A stretch of DNA of 32,000 bases from Candidatus Iainarchaeum sp. Its GTDB lineage: Archaea; Iainarchaeota; Iainarchaeia; Iainarchaeales; CSSED10-239. The stretch spans positions 1 through 32,000 of the forward strand of contig PWLL01000051.1 of the NCBI GenBank assembly GCA_003559395.1, in the 5' to 3' direction. Every line of letters begins with the position of its first letter. Position 1 is the first letter of the stretch. The notes beneath the pieces are model-generated. The model was not told where the DNA came from and searched no databases. It saw only the letters and a program-made list of their open reading frames with translations. Positions 24,597 through 32,000 of this stretch are shown here, piece by piece. A program made the translations under genes and the position numbers.

Positions 24597-25532
24597 ATGG
24601 TATTTACAAAAGACTTTTTATGGAAAAAAGACCTAAAAGTAAAAGAACTTGTAAATAATTATGAATCTGTTGGCTTTCAATCACATGAACTTTATAGAGC
24701 ATCAGAACTTGTAAAAAAGATGAAAAAAAACGGAGCCAAGATCTACTTAAGCTTTACTTCAAATCTTGTAACAACAGGACTAAGAGGTTTTTTTGCACAA
24801 ACTATAAAATATGGGTTGTGTGATGTTATTTGTACAACTGTTGGGTCAATAGAAGAAGATATAATGAAAGCTATAGGAGAAAAATTTACACTCGCATCAT
24901 TTTATTCAGACGATCAAGAACTTTATGAAAAAGGAGAAAATAGAGTTGGAAATATTCTTGTTAAAAACGAAAGTTATCAAAATCTTGAAAGTTACATGCA
25001 AGAGATGTTAACAGAAATATATAAGATTAAGAAAAAATGGTCTGTATGTGAATTGTTAAAAGAAATCGGATTGAAGATAGATGATGAAAACTCATTCTTA
25101 TATCAAGCAGCAAAAAAAGGAATTCCTGTTTTTTGTCCAGCAATAACAGATGGTTCCTTTGGGTTTGATCTTTATCTTTTTAAAAAAGAAAATCCTGAGT
25201 TTGAAATTGATGTTATAAAAGATTTTGAAGAAATAATATTTACTACTACACACGACGAAAAAAAAGGAATCATTGCTTTGGGTGGAGGAGTATCAAAACA
25301 TCATGTGATATTAACAACCCTTATAAATGGGGGTGCAGACTATGTTCTGTATATGACAACCGCAAGTCCACAATCAGGAAGCCTTTCAGGAGCAACCACA
25401 CAAGAAGCAAAGTCTTGGGGAAAGATAAAAGATAATGCTGATGCTGTTAATGTTTTTGGAGATGTAACTATCACCTATCCGTTGATGATGATAAAAGTTT
25501 TAGAAGATCTTACAGAAGAAAAAACGATTTAG
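24597..25532 (+). CDS. dys: Deoxyhypusine synthase
   Basis: NGAKIYLSFTSNLVTTGLRG, TTVGSIEEDIMK, GGGVSKHH and EAKSWGKI (catalytic Lys context), all collinear with eukaryotic and archaeal DHS. Confidence 0.9.
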   Translation: MVFTKDFLWKKDLKVKELVNNYESVGFQSHELYRASELVKKMKKNGAKIYLSFTSNLVTTGLRGFFAQTIKYGLCDVICTTVGSIEEDIMKAIGEKFTLASFYSDDQELYEKGENRVGNILVKNESYQNLESYMQEMLTEIYKIKKKWSVCELLKEIGLKIDDENSFLYQAAKKGIPVFCPAITDGSFGFDLYLFKKENPEFEIDVIKDFEEIIFTTTHDEKKGIIALGGGVSKHHVILTTLINGGADYVLYMTTASPQSGSLSGATTQEAKSWGKIKDNADAVNVFGDVTITYPLMMIKVLEDLTEEKTI

Positions 25533-25629
25533 TTTTTGTTTGATTTGTTGGACAAATGAAAAACAAACTACCCAAAAATATATAAAATGATTGTAACATA
25601 TAATTGTTTATAACTATTTACTTTTTTGT

Positions 25630-25703
25630 GCCTCGGTAGCTTAGTGGTCTAAAGCGCTAGACTCATAATCTAGAGATCGAGAGTTCAAATCTCTCTCGAG
25701 GCA
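25630..25703 (+). tRNA. tRNA with CAU anticodon (elongator Met, or Ile2 if C34 is modified)
   Basis: Acceptor GCCUCGG/UCGAGGC, D stem GCUU/AAGC, anticodon stem CUAGA/UCUAG with loop CUCAUAA, T arm GAGAG-UUCAAAU-CUCUC. The G1-C72 pair argues against an archaeal initiator. Confidence 0.9.
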
Positions 25704-25749
25704 TTCTATTTTTAAACATAATCAATAGTAAATATATTAGGTGAAATAT

Positions 25750-25959
25750 ATGAAATTATCTGCAATAATAACAAAAGAAGATAAGATTTATGTTGCATAT
25801 TGTCTAGAACTTAATGTCGTTAGTCAAGGTACTAATGAAAAAAGAGCACTTGCAAATCTTAAAGAAGCAGTGGAACTATTTTTAGAAGATGAAGATGTAA
25901 AAAAAGTAATTAAAAATATATTTCCTGCAAAAATGTATTCATTAGAAATTCCTGCATAG
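25750..25959 (+). CDS. hicB: HicB-family antitoxin (short form, no DNA-binding tail)
   Basis: KLSAIITKEDKIYVAYCLELNVVSQGTNEKRALANLKEAVELFLED matches the HicB/UPF0150 pattern. An AGGTGA Shine-Dalgarno lies 6 nt before the ATG at 25750 (ORF track start is GTG 25741). Confidence 0.8.
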   Translation: MKLSAIITKEDKIYVAYCLELNVVSQGTNEKRALANLKEAVELFLEDEDVKKVIKNIFPAKMYSLEIPA

Positions 25960-25970
25960 GAGATTTATAA

Positions 25971-26192
25971 ATGAGTAAATTTCCAATTCTTTCTGGTAAA
26001 GAACTAATAAAAATATTAGAAAAGAAAAACTTTAAGGTTGTTGGAAAAAAAGGAAGTCATGTTAGATTAAAAAAAATAACTAAAGATAGAATATATATTA
26101 CTGTAGTACCATTACATCAAAGAATATCTCCTGGTACTTTATTAGCTATTTTAAAGCAAACAAACTTAAGTAAAGATGAGTTATTTGATTAA
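25971..26192 (+). CDS. hicA: HicA-family mRNA interferase toxin
   Basis: LSGKELIKILEKKNFKVVGKKGSHVRLKK...VVPLHQRISPGTLLAILKQTNL is a textbook HicA/YcfA pattern. Confidence 0.85.
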   Translation: MSKFPILSGKELIKILEKKNFKVVGKKGSHVRLKKITKDRIYITVVPLHQRISPGTLLAILKQTNLSKDELFD

Positions 26193-26955
26193 TATGGATA
26201 AAGAAGTTGAAACATTCTATAATAAGATTGCAGATAGTTACTCTGATCATGATGATAGGGTGTGTGATAAGATTATAGAACATTTTATGTTAAAAAACAT
26301 TCCTAAAAAAAAACTAAACATATTAGATGCTGGTGCAGGAATTGGCAGATTTTCAAAACCATTATTAAAACTAGGTCATAAAGTTGTTTTGTCAGATATA
26401 TCTTTAAAAATGCTAAATAAAGCAAAAAATAATCTTAAAGAATATTCAAATGCAGAGTTTATTAAAAATTCAGTTGTTGATATGTCTCAATTTAAAGATA
26501 ATTCTTTTGATGTTGTAATTATGATGAATGCAATCTTAGATTACTGTTAAGATTATAAAAAAGCTATGAAAGAAACATACAAAGTTCTTAAAAAAAACGG
26601 TATATTTATAGGTACTGTAAATAATAGGTTAATTTATTGTAAAAATCATGAACTAATAGAAGAAAATTATGAACTTTTCTTAAAAAATATGAAGACAGGA
26701 AATAGATATATTGTATGGAAAGGTCAAAAGAAAGGACACACAAGCCATGAGTTTACTTTAGAAGAATTAAAAAAATCTCTTTTAAGTAAAAAATTCAAAA
26801 TTAAAAAGATTTTAGGAATATATAATCTTTTAGGAAAATATGAAATGAACGATCTAAAAGATAAACAAAAATTTATTCAATTACAAATAAAGTTTGCAGA
26901 AAAAAAAGAATATTTAAACAATTCTCAAGATTTCTTTTTTATTGCTCAAAAATAA
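26176..26955 (+). pseudogene. Class I SAM-dependent methyltransferase interrupted by a single in-frame TAA (26548-26550)
   Basis: ORFs 26176..26550 and 26566..26955 are in the same frame. The N-terminal part carries motif I ILDAGAGIGRFS, VLSDIS and FDVVIMMNAILDYC. After the stop comes DYKKAMKETYKVLKKNGIFIGTV, the post-motif-IV segment of the same Rossmann fold. An alternative start at 26194 avoids the overlap with hicA. Confidence 0.7.
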
Positions 26956-26990
26956 TAATTTTATAAAGTATTTATTTATTATGGCATATC

Positions 26991-27040
26991 CATAATATGG
27001 AGATCGAGAGTTCAAATCTCTCTCGATGCATTCTATTTTT
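26991..27040 (+). repeat. Direct repeat copy 2 of the tRNA-CAU 3' portion (anticodon to 10 nt past the 3' end), degenerate
   Basis: cataatatggagatcgagagttcaaatctctctcgatgcattctattttt compared with tRNA positions 25664-25713 cataatctagagatcgagagttcaaatctctctcgaggcattctattttt. The acceptor-stem G is changed to T at 27027. No D arm or 5' acceptor lies upstream. Confidence 0.85.
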
Positions 27041-27135
27041 TATAAATAAATAGTTTATTAATACAAACGTATTAAATAATCTAATAAAGTGTTATTTTAT
27101 AAATTTATTGAGACTAATATATATTTGTGATAAAT

Positions 27136-27330
27136 ATGAATGTAAAAGAATCTTTAATAAAAGAAATTAATAAAGCTCCTGAGCCAATACTTGAAGAAAT
27201 ATTAAATTATACCATGTATCTAAAAATTAAAGTTAATCTACTTAATACAAATAAACCAAACACTTACGAATCTGCTTTTGCAAAAGATTGGCTTACAAAA
27301 GAGGAAGATGAAGCATGGAAAAATTTATAG
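27136..27330 (+). CDS. DUF2281-like antitoxin
   Basis: MNVKESLIKEINKAPEPILEEILNYTMYLK...EEDEAWKNL resembles DUF2281 antitoxins. It overlaps the downstream MazF gene by 16 nt. The ORF track start is GTG 27127. Confidence 0.6.
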   Translation: MNVKESLIKEINKAPEPILEEILNYTMYLKIKVNLLNTNKPNTYESAFAKDWLTKEEDEAWKNL

Positions 27331-27617
27331 AAGGAGACATTGTTGTTGTTCCTTTTCCTTTTTCTGATTTAAAAAACTTTAAAAAAAGACCTGCTTTAGT
27401 TCTTTCAACCTTAGATGGAGAAGATGTAATTATACTTCAAATAACTTCTCAAAACAGATTAGATAAATATACAATAACTATTAAAAAAGAAGATTTTGAA
27501 GAAGGCAAATTAGATATAGATAGTTTTGTTAGATGTGATAGAATATATACAATTGATAAAAATGTTGTAATATATAAGATAGGCACATTAAAAAATATAA
27601 AATTTAATATTATTTAA
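27315..27617 (+). CDS. MazF/PemK-family toxin endoribonuclease
   Basis: GDIVVVPFPFSDLKNFKKRPALVLS...VIILQITS...SFVRCDRIYTIDKN matches the PemK/MazF SH3-like fold pattern. Confidence 0.75.
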   Translation: MEKFIEGDIVVVPFPFSDLKNFKKRPALVLSTLDGEDVIILQITSQNRLDKYTITIKKEDFEEGKLDIDSFVRCDRIYTIDKNVVIYKIGTLKNIKFNII

Positions 27618-27665
27618 AATAAAGTATTAGACATATTAAAATAAAAATTTATTTAGAAATTATTT

Positions 27666-27697
27666 GTTCAAATCTCTCTCGAGGCATTTTATTTTTA
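27666..27697 (+). repeat. Direct repeat copy 3 of the tRNA-CAU 3' end
   Basis: gttcaaatctctctcgaggcattttattttta compared with 25683-25714 gttcaaatctctctcgaggcattctattttta: 31 of 32 positions identical. Confidence 0.85.
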
Positions 27698-27724
27698 GTA
27701 ATATTTTTATGATATTATTTAAAA

Positions 27725-28330
27725 TCAGATAAGATGTTTACTACAATTAAATATATGCATTTTATGATTTTTATCTTTATCAATTTCAAATATACTTATA
27801 CTTGCATTATCTAATCTAGGCTCAGGAATTATAATTGTAGAATCTTTATAATTTGTTTTTTCTTTTATTACAAAATGAATAACTTGATTTATACCATAAT
27901 GCCCAATTATTAAAATTGTGTCTGAAGATTTATGTTTTTTAATTATTTTTTTAATAAACTTATTTGCTCTATTATAAAGTTCTTTTAGTGGTTCTCCATT
28001 AACCATATCTTCTTTAATTATTGATGTGCTTTCTAAAAGATTAAGTTGTTTTTTTGTTTTTCTTTGCCAAATCCCTAAATTTCTTTCTCTAAGTTCTTTA
28101 GTAATCTCTATAGGTGTGTTTATGTGATATTTTGAAATTTCCCTTGTGGTATCTGATGCTCTTTTAAGATCACTAGAATAAATATAATCTATTTTTTCAT
28201 ATTTTAATCTTTCTGAAAGTTTTATTGCTTGATTAATTCCTAATTCTGAAAGATTTCCTTGTAATTGCCCTTGCATAATTTTTTTCTTGTTTTCTATGGT
28301 TTGTCCATGTCTAGTAATTATTATTTTCAT
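27725..28330 (-). CDS. Histidine phosphatase superfamily (phosphoglycerate mutase / CobC-like) protein
   Basis: N-terminal IIITRHGQT (RHG catalytic motif), SDLKRASDT, and ILIIGHYG (second catalytic His). Confidence 0.8.
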   Translation of the reverse strand: MKIIITRHGQTIENKKKIMQGQLQGNLSELGINQAIKLSERLKYEKIDYIYSSDLKRASDTTREISKYHINTPIEITKELRERNLGIWQRKTKKQLNLLESTSIIKEDMVNGEPLKELYNRANKFIKKIIKKHKSSDTILIIGHYGINQVIHFVIKEKTNYKDSTIIIPEPRLDNASISIFEIDKDKNHKMHIFNCSKHLI

Positions 28331-28586
28331 AAATAACTTAAGAATAAACTATAATAAATAATTAATGTTTTTAATAACATTTTTTCATTAATAATAATTT
28401 TTAAATAAGCTATATATTATCTATTTAATATTTATGAAAAAGAAGAAAACAAATAAGAAAAAAACAAAGAAATAATTTCCTTTTTCTCTTTTATTTTCTG
28501 TTTATAAACTATTTGTTACTATATATTATATATTAATATACAAATATGGTATATCAAAAACAACTTACAAAAAGGAAAAGATAAAT

Positions 28587-29870
28587 ATGACTAATTCTAA
28601 TAATAGCTTTACTAGCTTAATTAATGATGAAAAAGTTTTGTCTGCTATAAGAGACATAGGAATAGACACACCAACAGAAATACAAATAAAAACAATGCCT
28701 TTAATAATAAAAGGCCAAAACATTATTGCACAATCAGCAACTGGCACAGGAAAAACAATTGCTTTTTTATCTGCAATCTTGTCTATGATGAACAAACAAA
28801 AAAAAGTGCAATTTTTAATAATTGTACCAACAAGAGAACTTGCAAATCAAGTATTTTTAGAAACAAAAAAACTTCTAAAATATAAGGATTTTAGCGCTTG
28901 TGTTATATTTGGTGGTACCTCTATAGGTCTTCAAGCAAAACAATTAAGAAATGCTGATGTGGTTATAGGAACGCCTGGAAGACTAATAGATCAATTTGAA
29001 AGAAACAATTTAAAATTAGACTCTGTTAAATATTTAGTACTTGACGAAGCCGATAGAATGTGTGATATGGGGTTTTTTAAAGAAATGGTGAAAATTATAG
29101 ACAAAACACCTAAATCAAGACAAACCCTATTATATTCAGCAACAATTAATAAAGATGTTTCAGCACTTGAAAAAAAATATTTGTCCTCAGCAAAAAAGAT
29201 TATCATAGAAACAAAAGTGGACCCGAATAATCTTCTACAAGAATATTATGTAGTTAAAAAAAAACAAAAATTTGCTTTGCTTTTACATCTTCTTAAAAAA
29301 AACTCTCAAAAGTCAATTGTATTTAGTAATACTAAAAGTTTTGTTGATTTAATATATGATAATCTAAAAATTAAAAACGTTGATTGTTATAAACTACATG
29401 GTGGACTAGAACAAAGAAAAAGAACAAACACTATTGCAAAATATCATACACACAAAGATGCAGTCTTGATATCAAGTGATGTTTCTTCAAGAGGAATTCA
29501 TGTTGATGATCTTGATTGTATTTATAATTATGATATCCCTAGAGAAGAACTACAATACGTACACAGAATAGGAAGAACAGCAAGAGCAGGTAAAAAAGGA
29601 AAAGCAATTGCAATAATTTCAGAAAAAGAAGAAGAAAAATTTAAAAGAATGTGTAAAAGATTAAAATATGTTGTTGTAAAAAAAACAACGCCTGAAATAA
29701 ATTTGGTAAGTATGGAAAAAATAGAAAAACCAGATTTGTTTAGCAATAATAAAAAAAAGTGTTCTAATCAAAGAACTTCTAAAAGGTTTTCTAATCAAAG
29801 AACTTCTGATTTTATAAAAAATAGAACCAATAGAAGATCTAGAAATAAAAATAGACCTAGAAAAAAGTAA
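28587..29870 (+). CDS. DEAD-box ATP-dependent RNA helicase with a basic C-terminal tail
   Basis: Q motif TPTEIQ, motif I AQSATGTGKT, PTRELA, DEAD, SAT, HRIGRTARAG. The Arg/Lys/Asn-rich tail carries a 27-nt tandem duplication (ttctaatcaaagaacttct at 29762-29780 and 29789-29807). Confidence 0.92.
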   Translation: MTNSNNSFTSLINDEKVLSAIRDIGIDTPTEIQIKTMPLIIKGQNIIAQSATGTGKTIAFLSAILSMMNKQKKVQFLIIVPTRELANQVFLETKKLLKYKDFSACVIFGGTSIGLQAKQLRNADVVIGTPGRLIDQFERNNLKLDSVKYLVLDEADRMCDMGFFKEMVKIIDKTPKSRQTLLYSATINKDVSALEKKYLSSAKKIIIETKVDPNNLLQEYYVVKKKQKFALLLHLLKKNSQKSIVFSNTKSFVDLIYDNLKIKNVDCYKLHGGLEQRKRTNTIAKYHTHKDAVLISSDVSSRGIHVDDLDCIYNYDIPREELQYVHRIGRTARAGKKGKAIAIISEKEEEKFKRMCKRLKYVVVKKTTPEINLVSMEKIEKPDLFSNNKKKCSNQRTSKRFSNQRTSDFIKNRTNRRSRNKNRPRKK

Positions 29871-29909
29871 GATTGAGTTATTTATTATCTAACAAAAAGC
29901 CTTTTTTCA

Positions 29910-30671
29910 TTAATCTAATAAAAAGTTTTTCTTTAACAATCTAACAAACTCATACTTTGCTTGAACATATTCTTCCAAAAGATCATAAAGATATTTTTTA
30001 CTAACTTCATAATTAGGATATAAAAAACTTTTGACTTTATATTGATGTGCTCTAAAAGGAAGATAATAAAGCCCACCTAAAAAAATGTTTTTAAAAACAT
30101 TTCTTTTAGATGCGTGAACATAACTTGTAAAAACAGTTTTTCTAAATAAAGTGTTACATACAAATTTAAAAAATATTTTTCTTAATCTTGTAACTTTATA
30201 TTTTATTTTATATTTTTTCTGATCTTTAAAATAATATCTTTCAATTACTCTATCAATTAGTGTGTTTTGTTGTTTTCCAACAATTATTTTTTCTTGAACT
30301 GAAGTTTTTGCTTGTAAATAAAATTCTAAGACCATATGTTCTACTTGATCATACATTTTATATTTTTTAAGATAGCCGTGAATGTATTTATCTAAAACAA
30401 AATGAGAAATAAAACCAATGGCAAAAGATTTTTCTTTGTTGTTTACTGCATTCTTTAATAATTGTTTTCCAAAAACAATTCCAAAATTAAGATCATAAAG
30501 ACCATGAAGATACCAAGAAAGGTTGTTTTTGTTTGGAAAAATATTTACATAAAAAATGTCTGGATATACAGCCCCATAACAAAGCTGTTCTAGATCTAAA
30601 CCTTTAAAATGTTTTTGATTTTCTAAATATATTTCTTTTATAAAACTTATATGATTTTGTTGTGTTGCCAT
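29910..30671 (-). CDS. Putative metal-dependent hydrolase, zinc phospholipase C-like family
   Basis: N-terminal NH, then GAVYPDIFY and GFISHFVLDKYIH, resembling the His/Asp metal ligands of Zn-dependent PLC-like proteins. The assignment is tentative. Confidence 0.4.
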   Translation of the reverse strand: MATQQNHISFIKEIYLENQKHFKGLDLEQLCYGAVYPDIFYVNIFPNKNNLSWYLHGLYDLNFGIVFGKQLLKNAVNNKEKSFAIGFISHFVLDKYIHGYLKKYKMYDQVEHMVLEFYLQAKTSVQEKIIVGKQQNTLIDRVIERYYFKDQKKYKIKYKVTRLRKIFFKFVCNTLFRKTVFTSYVHASKRNVFKNIFLGGLYYLPFRAHQYKVKSFLYPNYEVSKKYLYDLLEEYVQAKYEFVRLLKKNFLLD

Positions 30672-30767
30672 ATTTTATCTTGTTTTTATGTTTTTTATTA
30701 ATAATATATATGGATTAATCATTTTATAAATCTTCCTTTTTTTAAACAATAAAAAAATTGCTTGTTT

Positions 30768-31403
30768 TTATTTTTTGTTCATTTCTAAAAGTCTATGTAC
30801 GTCCCACACAGTGATGTTTGGAAAACGTCTTTGTAGTTCTTTTAAAGATTGATTTTTTGTGTTTATTTCAGAAATTTTTTGATGAGGATTTTTTCTAATT
30901 CTTCTTTCTGATATCACTTTTCTTTTTTTAATATCTTTTAGTAGATTTTTTATTTCATTATTTAAAAGTGTATTTTTATCAAATTTAGATTGTGGTTTTT
31001 TTCTTTTATTATATAACTGTTCTAATGTTATAATTTCTGCAATCTCTTTTTGTGGTAAATCTTTAAATCTAAAATTAGGGCCATATTTTTTAATAAATCT
31101 ATCTTTTACTTTTTGAAATTTTTTTCTATCTGTTAATTGTAAAAAAGTCATTACTTCTCTAACACTTATATTTGGTCTTTCTTTTACAAGACCTACAAGT
31201 TTTGAAAATTGATAAGAAGGATTTTGAATAAATGTTTTCATTAATTGTATGTGTGTTAGTTCTCCTTTTTTATAAGATTCATAAAGATGTGGGTTTTCTT
31301 TTTTTATGTGTTTTTCAAAAGAACTAGGCAGTTCTTTGTTTGCAACTTTTTTTTTTTGAGAAGGTGTTAATCTTCTTTTTAGTTCTGATGGTAGTTTTGG
31401 CAT
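30768..31403 (-). CDS. Basic hypothetical protein with an internally duplicated short motif
   Basis: 211 aa, Lys/Arg-rich. RPNISVREVMTFLQL and FPNITVWDVHRLLEM are two copies of a helix-like motif. I recognise no family. Confidence 0.5.
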   Translation of the reverse strand: MPKLPSELKRRLTPSQKKKVANKELPSSFEKHIKKENPHLYESYKKGELTHIQLMKTFIQNPSYQFSKLVGLVKERPNISVREVMTFLQLTDRKKFQKVKDRFIKKYGPNFRFKDLPQKEIAEIITLEQLYNKRKKPQSKFDKNTLLNNEIKNLLKDIKKRKVISERRIRKNPHQKISEINTKNQSLKELQRRFPNITVWDVHRLLEMNKK

Positions 31404-31537
31404 AAAAAATCATTTTTGTCCTAAGTATATATATGTTTAAAACCTTTAAAAATATATTCTTTAAAAAATAAAGAGTTGTTTTATAAAACTTTTCTAAGAT
31501 AATATATATATAATAAAAATTATTCTTTGTGATATAT

Positions 31538-32000
31538 ATGATGACCATGTTTTTTGAACTAGCACTTATTGTAGGAATTGCAACATTATTAGGTTTGTTA
31601 ATGAAATTGCTAAGACAACCAATAATTATTGGCTACATAATAGCAGGATTAGTAACAGGTCCTTATCTTTTAAACTTAGTCACATCCCCGCAAACTATAG
31701 AAATATTTTCTAGTATTGGTGTTGCTTTGTTGTTGTTTGTTGTAGGTCTTAATCTAAACCCAAAAACAATAAAAGAAGTAGGAAAAATATCATTAATAAC
31801 AGGTCTTGGACAAGTTATCTTTACATCAACTATTGGTTTTTTAATTTCTTTGGCTTTTGGATTTAATATTATTACGTCTTTATATATATCAATTGCATTA
31901 ACCTTTAGTAGTACAATAATAATAATGAAATTAATAACAGACAAAGGAGATGCAGACAGACTATATGGAAAAATATCTATTGGTTTTTTAATAGTTCAAG
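31538..32000 (+). CDS. CPA2-family (Kef/NapA-type) monovalent cation:proton antiporter; 5' part, runs off the window
   Basis: My translation: MMTMFFELALIVGIATLLGLLMKLLRQPIIIGYIIAGLVTGPYLLNLV...SSIGVALLLFVVGLNLNPK...TFSSTIIIMKLITDKGD. This is a typical Na+/H+ exchanger N-terminus. It is missing from the ORF track because no stop occurs before 32000. Confidence 0.8.
   Translation, partial: MMTMFFELALIVGIATLLGLLMKLLRQPIIIGYIIAGLVTGPYLLNLVTSPQTIEIFSSIGVALLLFVVGLNLNPKTIKEVGKISLITGLGQVIFTSTIGFLISLAFGFNIITSLYISIALTFSSTIIIMKLITDKGDADRLYGKISIGFLIVQ

Larger units (their letters stand above)
25704..27040 (+). mobile_element. Islet 1: integrase-less insertion remnant behind tRNA-CAU (HicBA plus a broken methyltransferase)
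   Basis: Bounded by the tRNA 3' part (25664-25713) and a 50-nt direct copy of it at 26991-27040 (3 mismatches). Confidence 0.5.
27041..27697 (+). mobile_element. Islet 2: integrase-less insertion remnant (DUF2281-like antitoxin plus MazF toxin)
   Basis: Bounded by repeat copy 2 and repeat copy 3 (27666-27697). Confidence 0.45.

Noticed and set aside
26548-26550. TAA reassignment (alternative genetic code) as the explanation for the in-frame stop in the methyltransferase
   Set aside because: TAA, TAG and TGA all terminate other genes in the window at positions matching expected C-termini (for example TAA for the GTPase, TAG for FtsZ and DHS, TGA for the pilus ATPase). A single interrupted gene does not support recoding.
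25704-27697. Integrase gene, or split SSV-type integrase halves, in the tRNA-linked islets
   Set aside because: Every ORF in the islets is accounted for by TA components or the methyltransferase. No Tyr-recombinase-like motif (R..HxxR..Y) can be seen in any frame.
28434-28475. 13-codon poly-Lys mini-ORF (MKKKKTNKKKTKK) in the 256-nt leader region upstream of the DEAD-box helicase gene
   Set aside because: A-rich runs produce such frames by chance in this genome. There is no Shine-Dalgarno or other support. It might merit a look only if Ribo-seq data exist.
714-29746. Short antisense or shadow ORFs inside well-supported genes: 714..896, 5751..6011, 7694..7993, 8872..9108, 9467..9682, 11019..11345, 13150..13356, 14753..14935, 17658..17909, 18019..18261, 19340..19534, 22520..22804, 23432..23656, 23481..23777, 24171..24470, 28565..28795, 28991..29206, 29528..29746
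   Set aside because: Each is nested in, or antisense to, a gene with strong family motifs (GTPase, ATPase, FtsZ, ThrRS, helicase and so on) and has low-complexity or implausible composition.
31537-31549. AUGAUGA (C-box-like) at the start of the antiporter gene
   Set aside because: There is no D or D' box or terminal stem nearby. It is simply tandem ATG codons at the CDS start.
31324-31944. Minus-strand ORFs 31324..31548 and 31663..31944
   Set aside because: The second is antisense to the CPA2 antiporter N-terminus, which is clear on the plus strand. The first spans an AT-rich divergent promoter region.
1-32000. CRISPR arrays, IS elements with terminal inverted repeats, and prophage structural genes
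   Set aside because: I saw no regularly spaced 25-40 nt repeats and no transposase-like ORFs. The only repeat families found are the tRNA-derived direct repeats, the rRNA processing arms, the 19-nt pair at 17038/17079, and intragenic coding repeats.

Overview
This is a very AT-rich, tightly packed chromosomal segment. I read it as archaeal, probably from a small-genome DPANN-like lineage. Supporting evidence: an archaeal-type 23S 5' end, TATA-like 'ATAATATATA' promoters about 25 nt upstream of genes and tRNAs, a ~267 nt 7S SRP RNA, deoxyhypusine synthase, a FlaI/FlaJ-type pilus machine, a candidate C/D box sRNA, and tRNA genes without encoded CCA.

Contents in order:
- Obg-type GTPase.
- An orphan 23S rRNA gene flanked by a long processing helix, with no 16S or 5S gene in the window.
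- Two membrane or secreted hypothetical proteins.
- An enlarged UPF0175-like/PIN-like pair.
- A tandem winged-helix protein coupled to a membrane-anchored poly-lysine repeat protein.
- A candidate C/D box sRNA.
- A divergent RpiA-fold protein.
- A type IV pilus-like assembly module: a ferredoxin-domain-fused FlaI/VirB11 ATPase plus two single-domain FlaJ/TadBC-like membrane proteins.
- tRNA-Ser(GCU).
- A eukaryote-type (UMPH-1) pyrimidine 5'-nucleotidase.
- An unannotated 52-aa CxxC-x17-CxxC zinc-ribbon protein.
- A small Cys-rich secreted protein.
- tRNA-Leu(CAA).
- A DedA/TVP38-like protein.
- A four-gene putative redox operon: membrane-anchored wHTH regulator, secreted Grx-like domain fused to a CcdA/DsbD-like membrane domain, LutA-like CCG protein, LutB-like Fe-S/LUD protein.
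- Bacterial-type ThrRS, SRP RNA, FtsZ and deoxyhypusine synthase.
- tRNA-Met/Ile2(CAU), followed by two stacked integrase-less toxin-antitoxin islets (HicBA plus a nonsense-interrupted methyltransferase; DUF2281-like antitoxin plus MazF). Three direct copies of the tRNA 3' end delimit these islets.
- A histidine phosphatase, a DEAD-box helicase, a PLC-like metal hydrolase, a basic hypothetical protein, and the 5' part of a CPA2 cation/proton antiporter.

The leads I rate highest are the tRNA-anchored TA islets, the CcdA-LutAB redox operon, the ferredoxin-fused pilus ATPase, and the unusual divergence of the 23S rRNA core. All homology calls come from motif recognition by eye. No searches were run.
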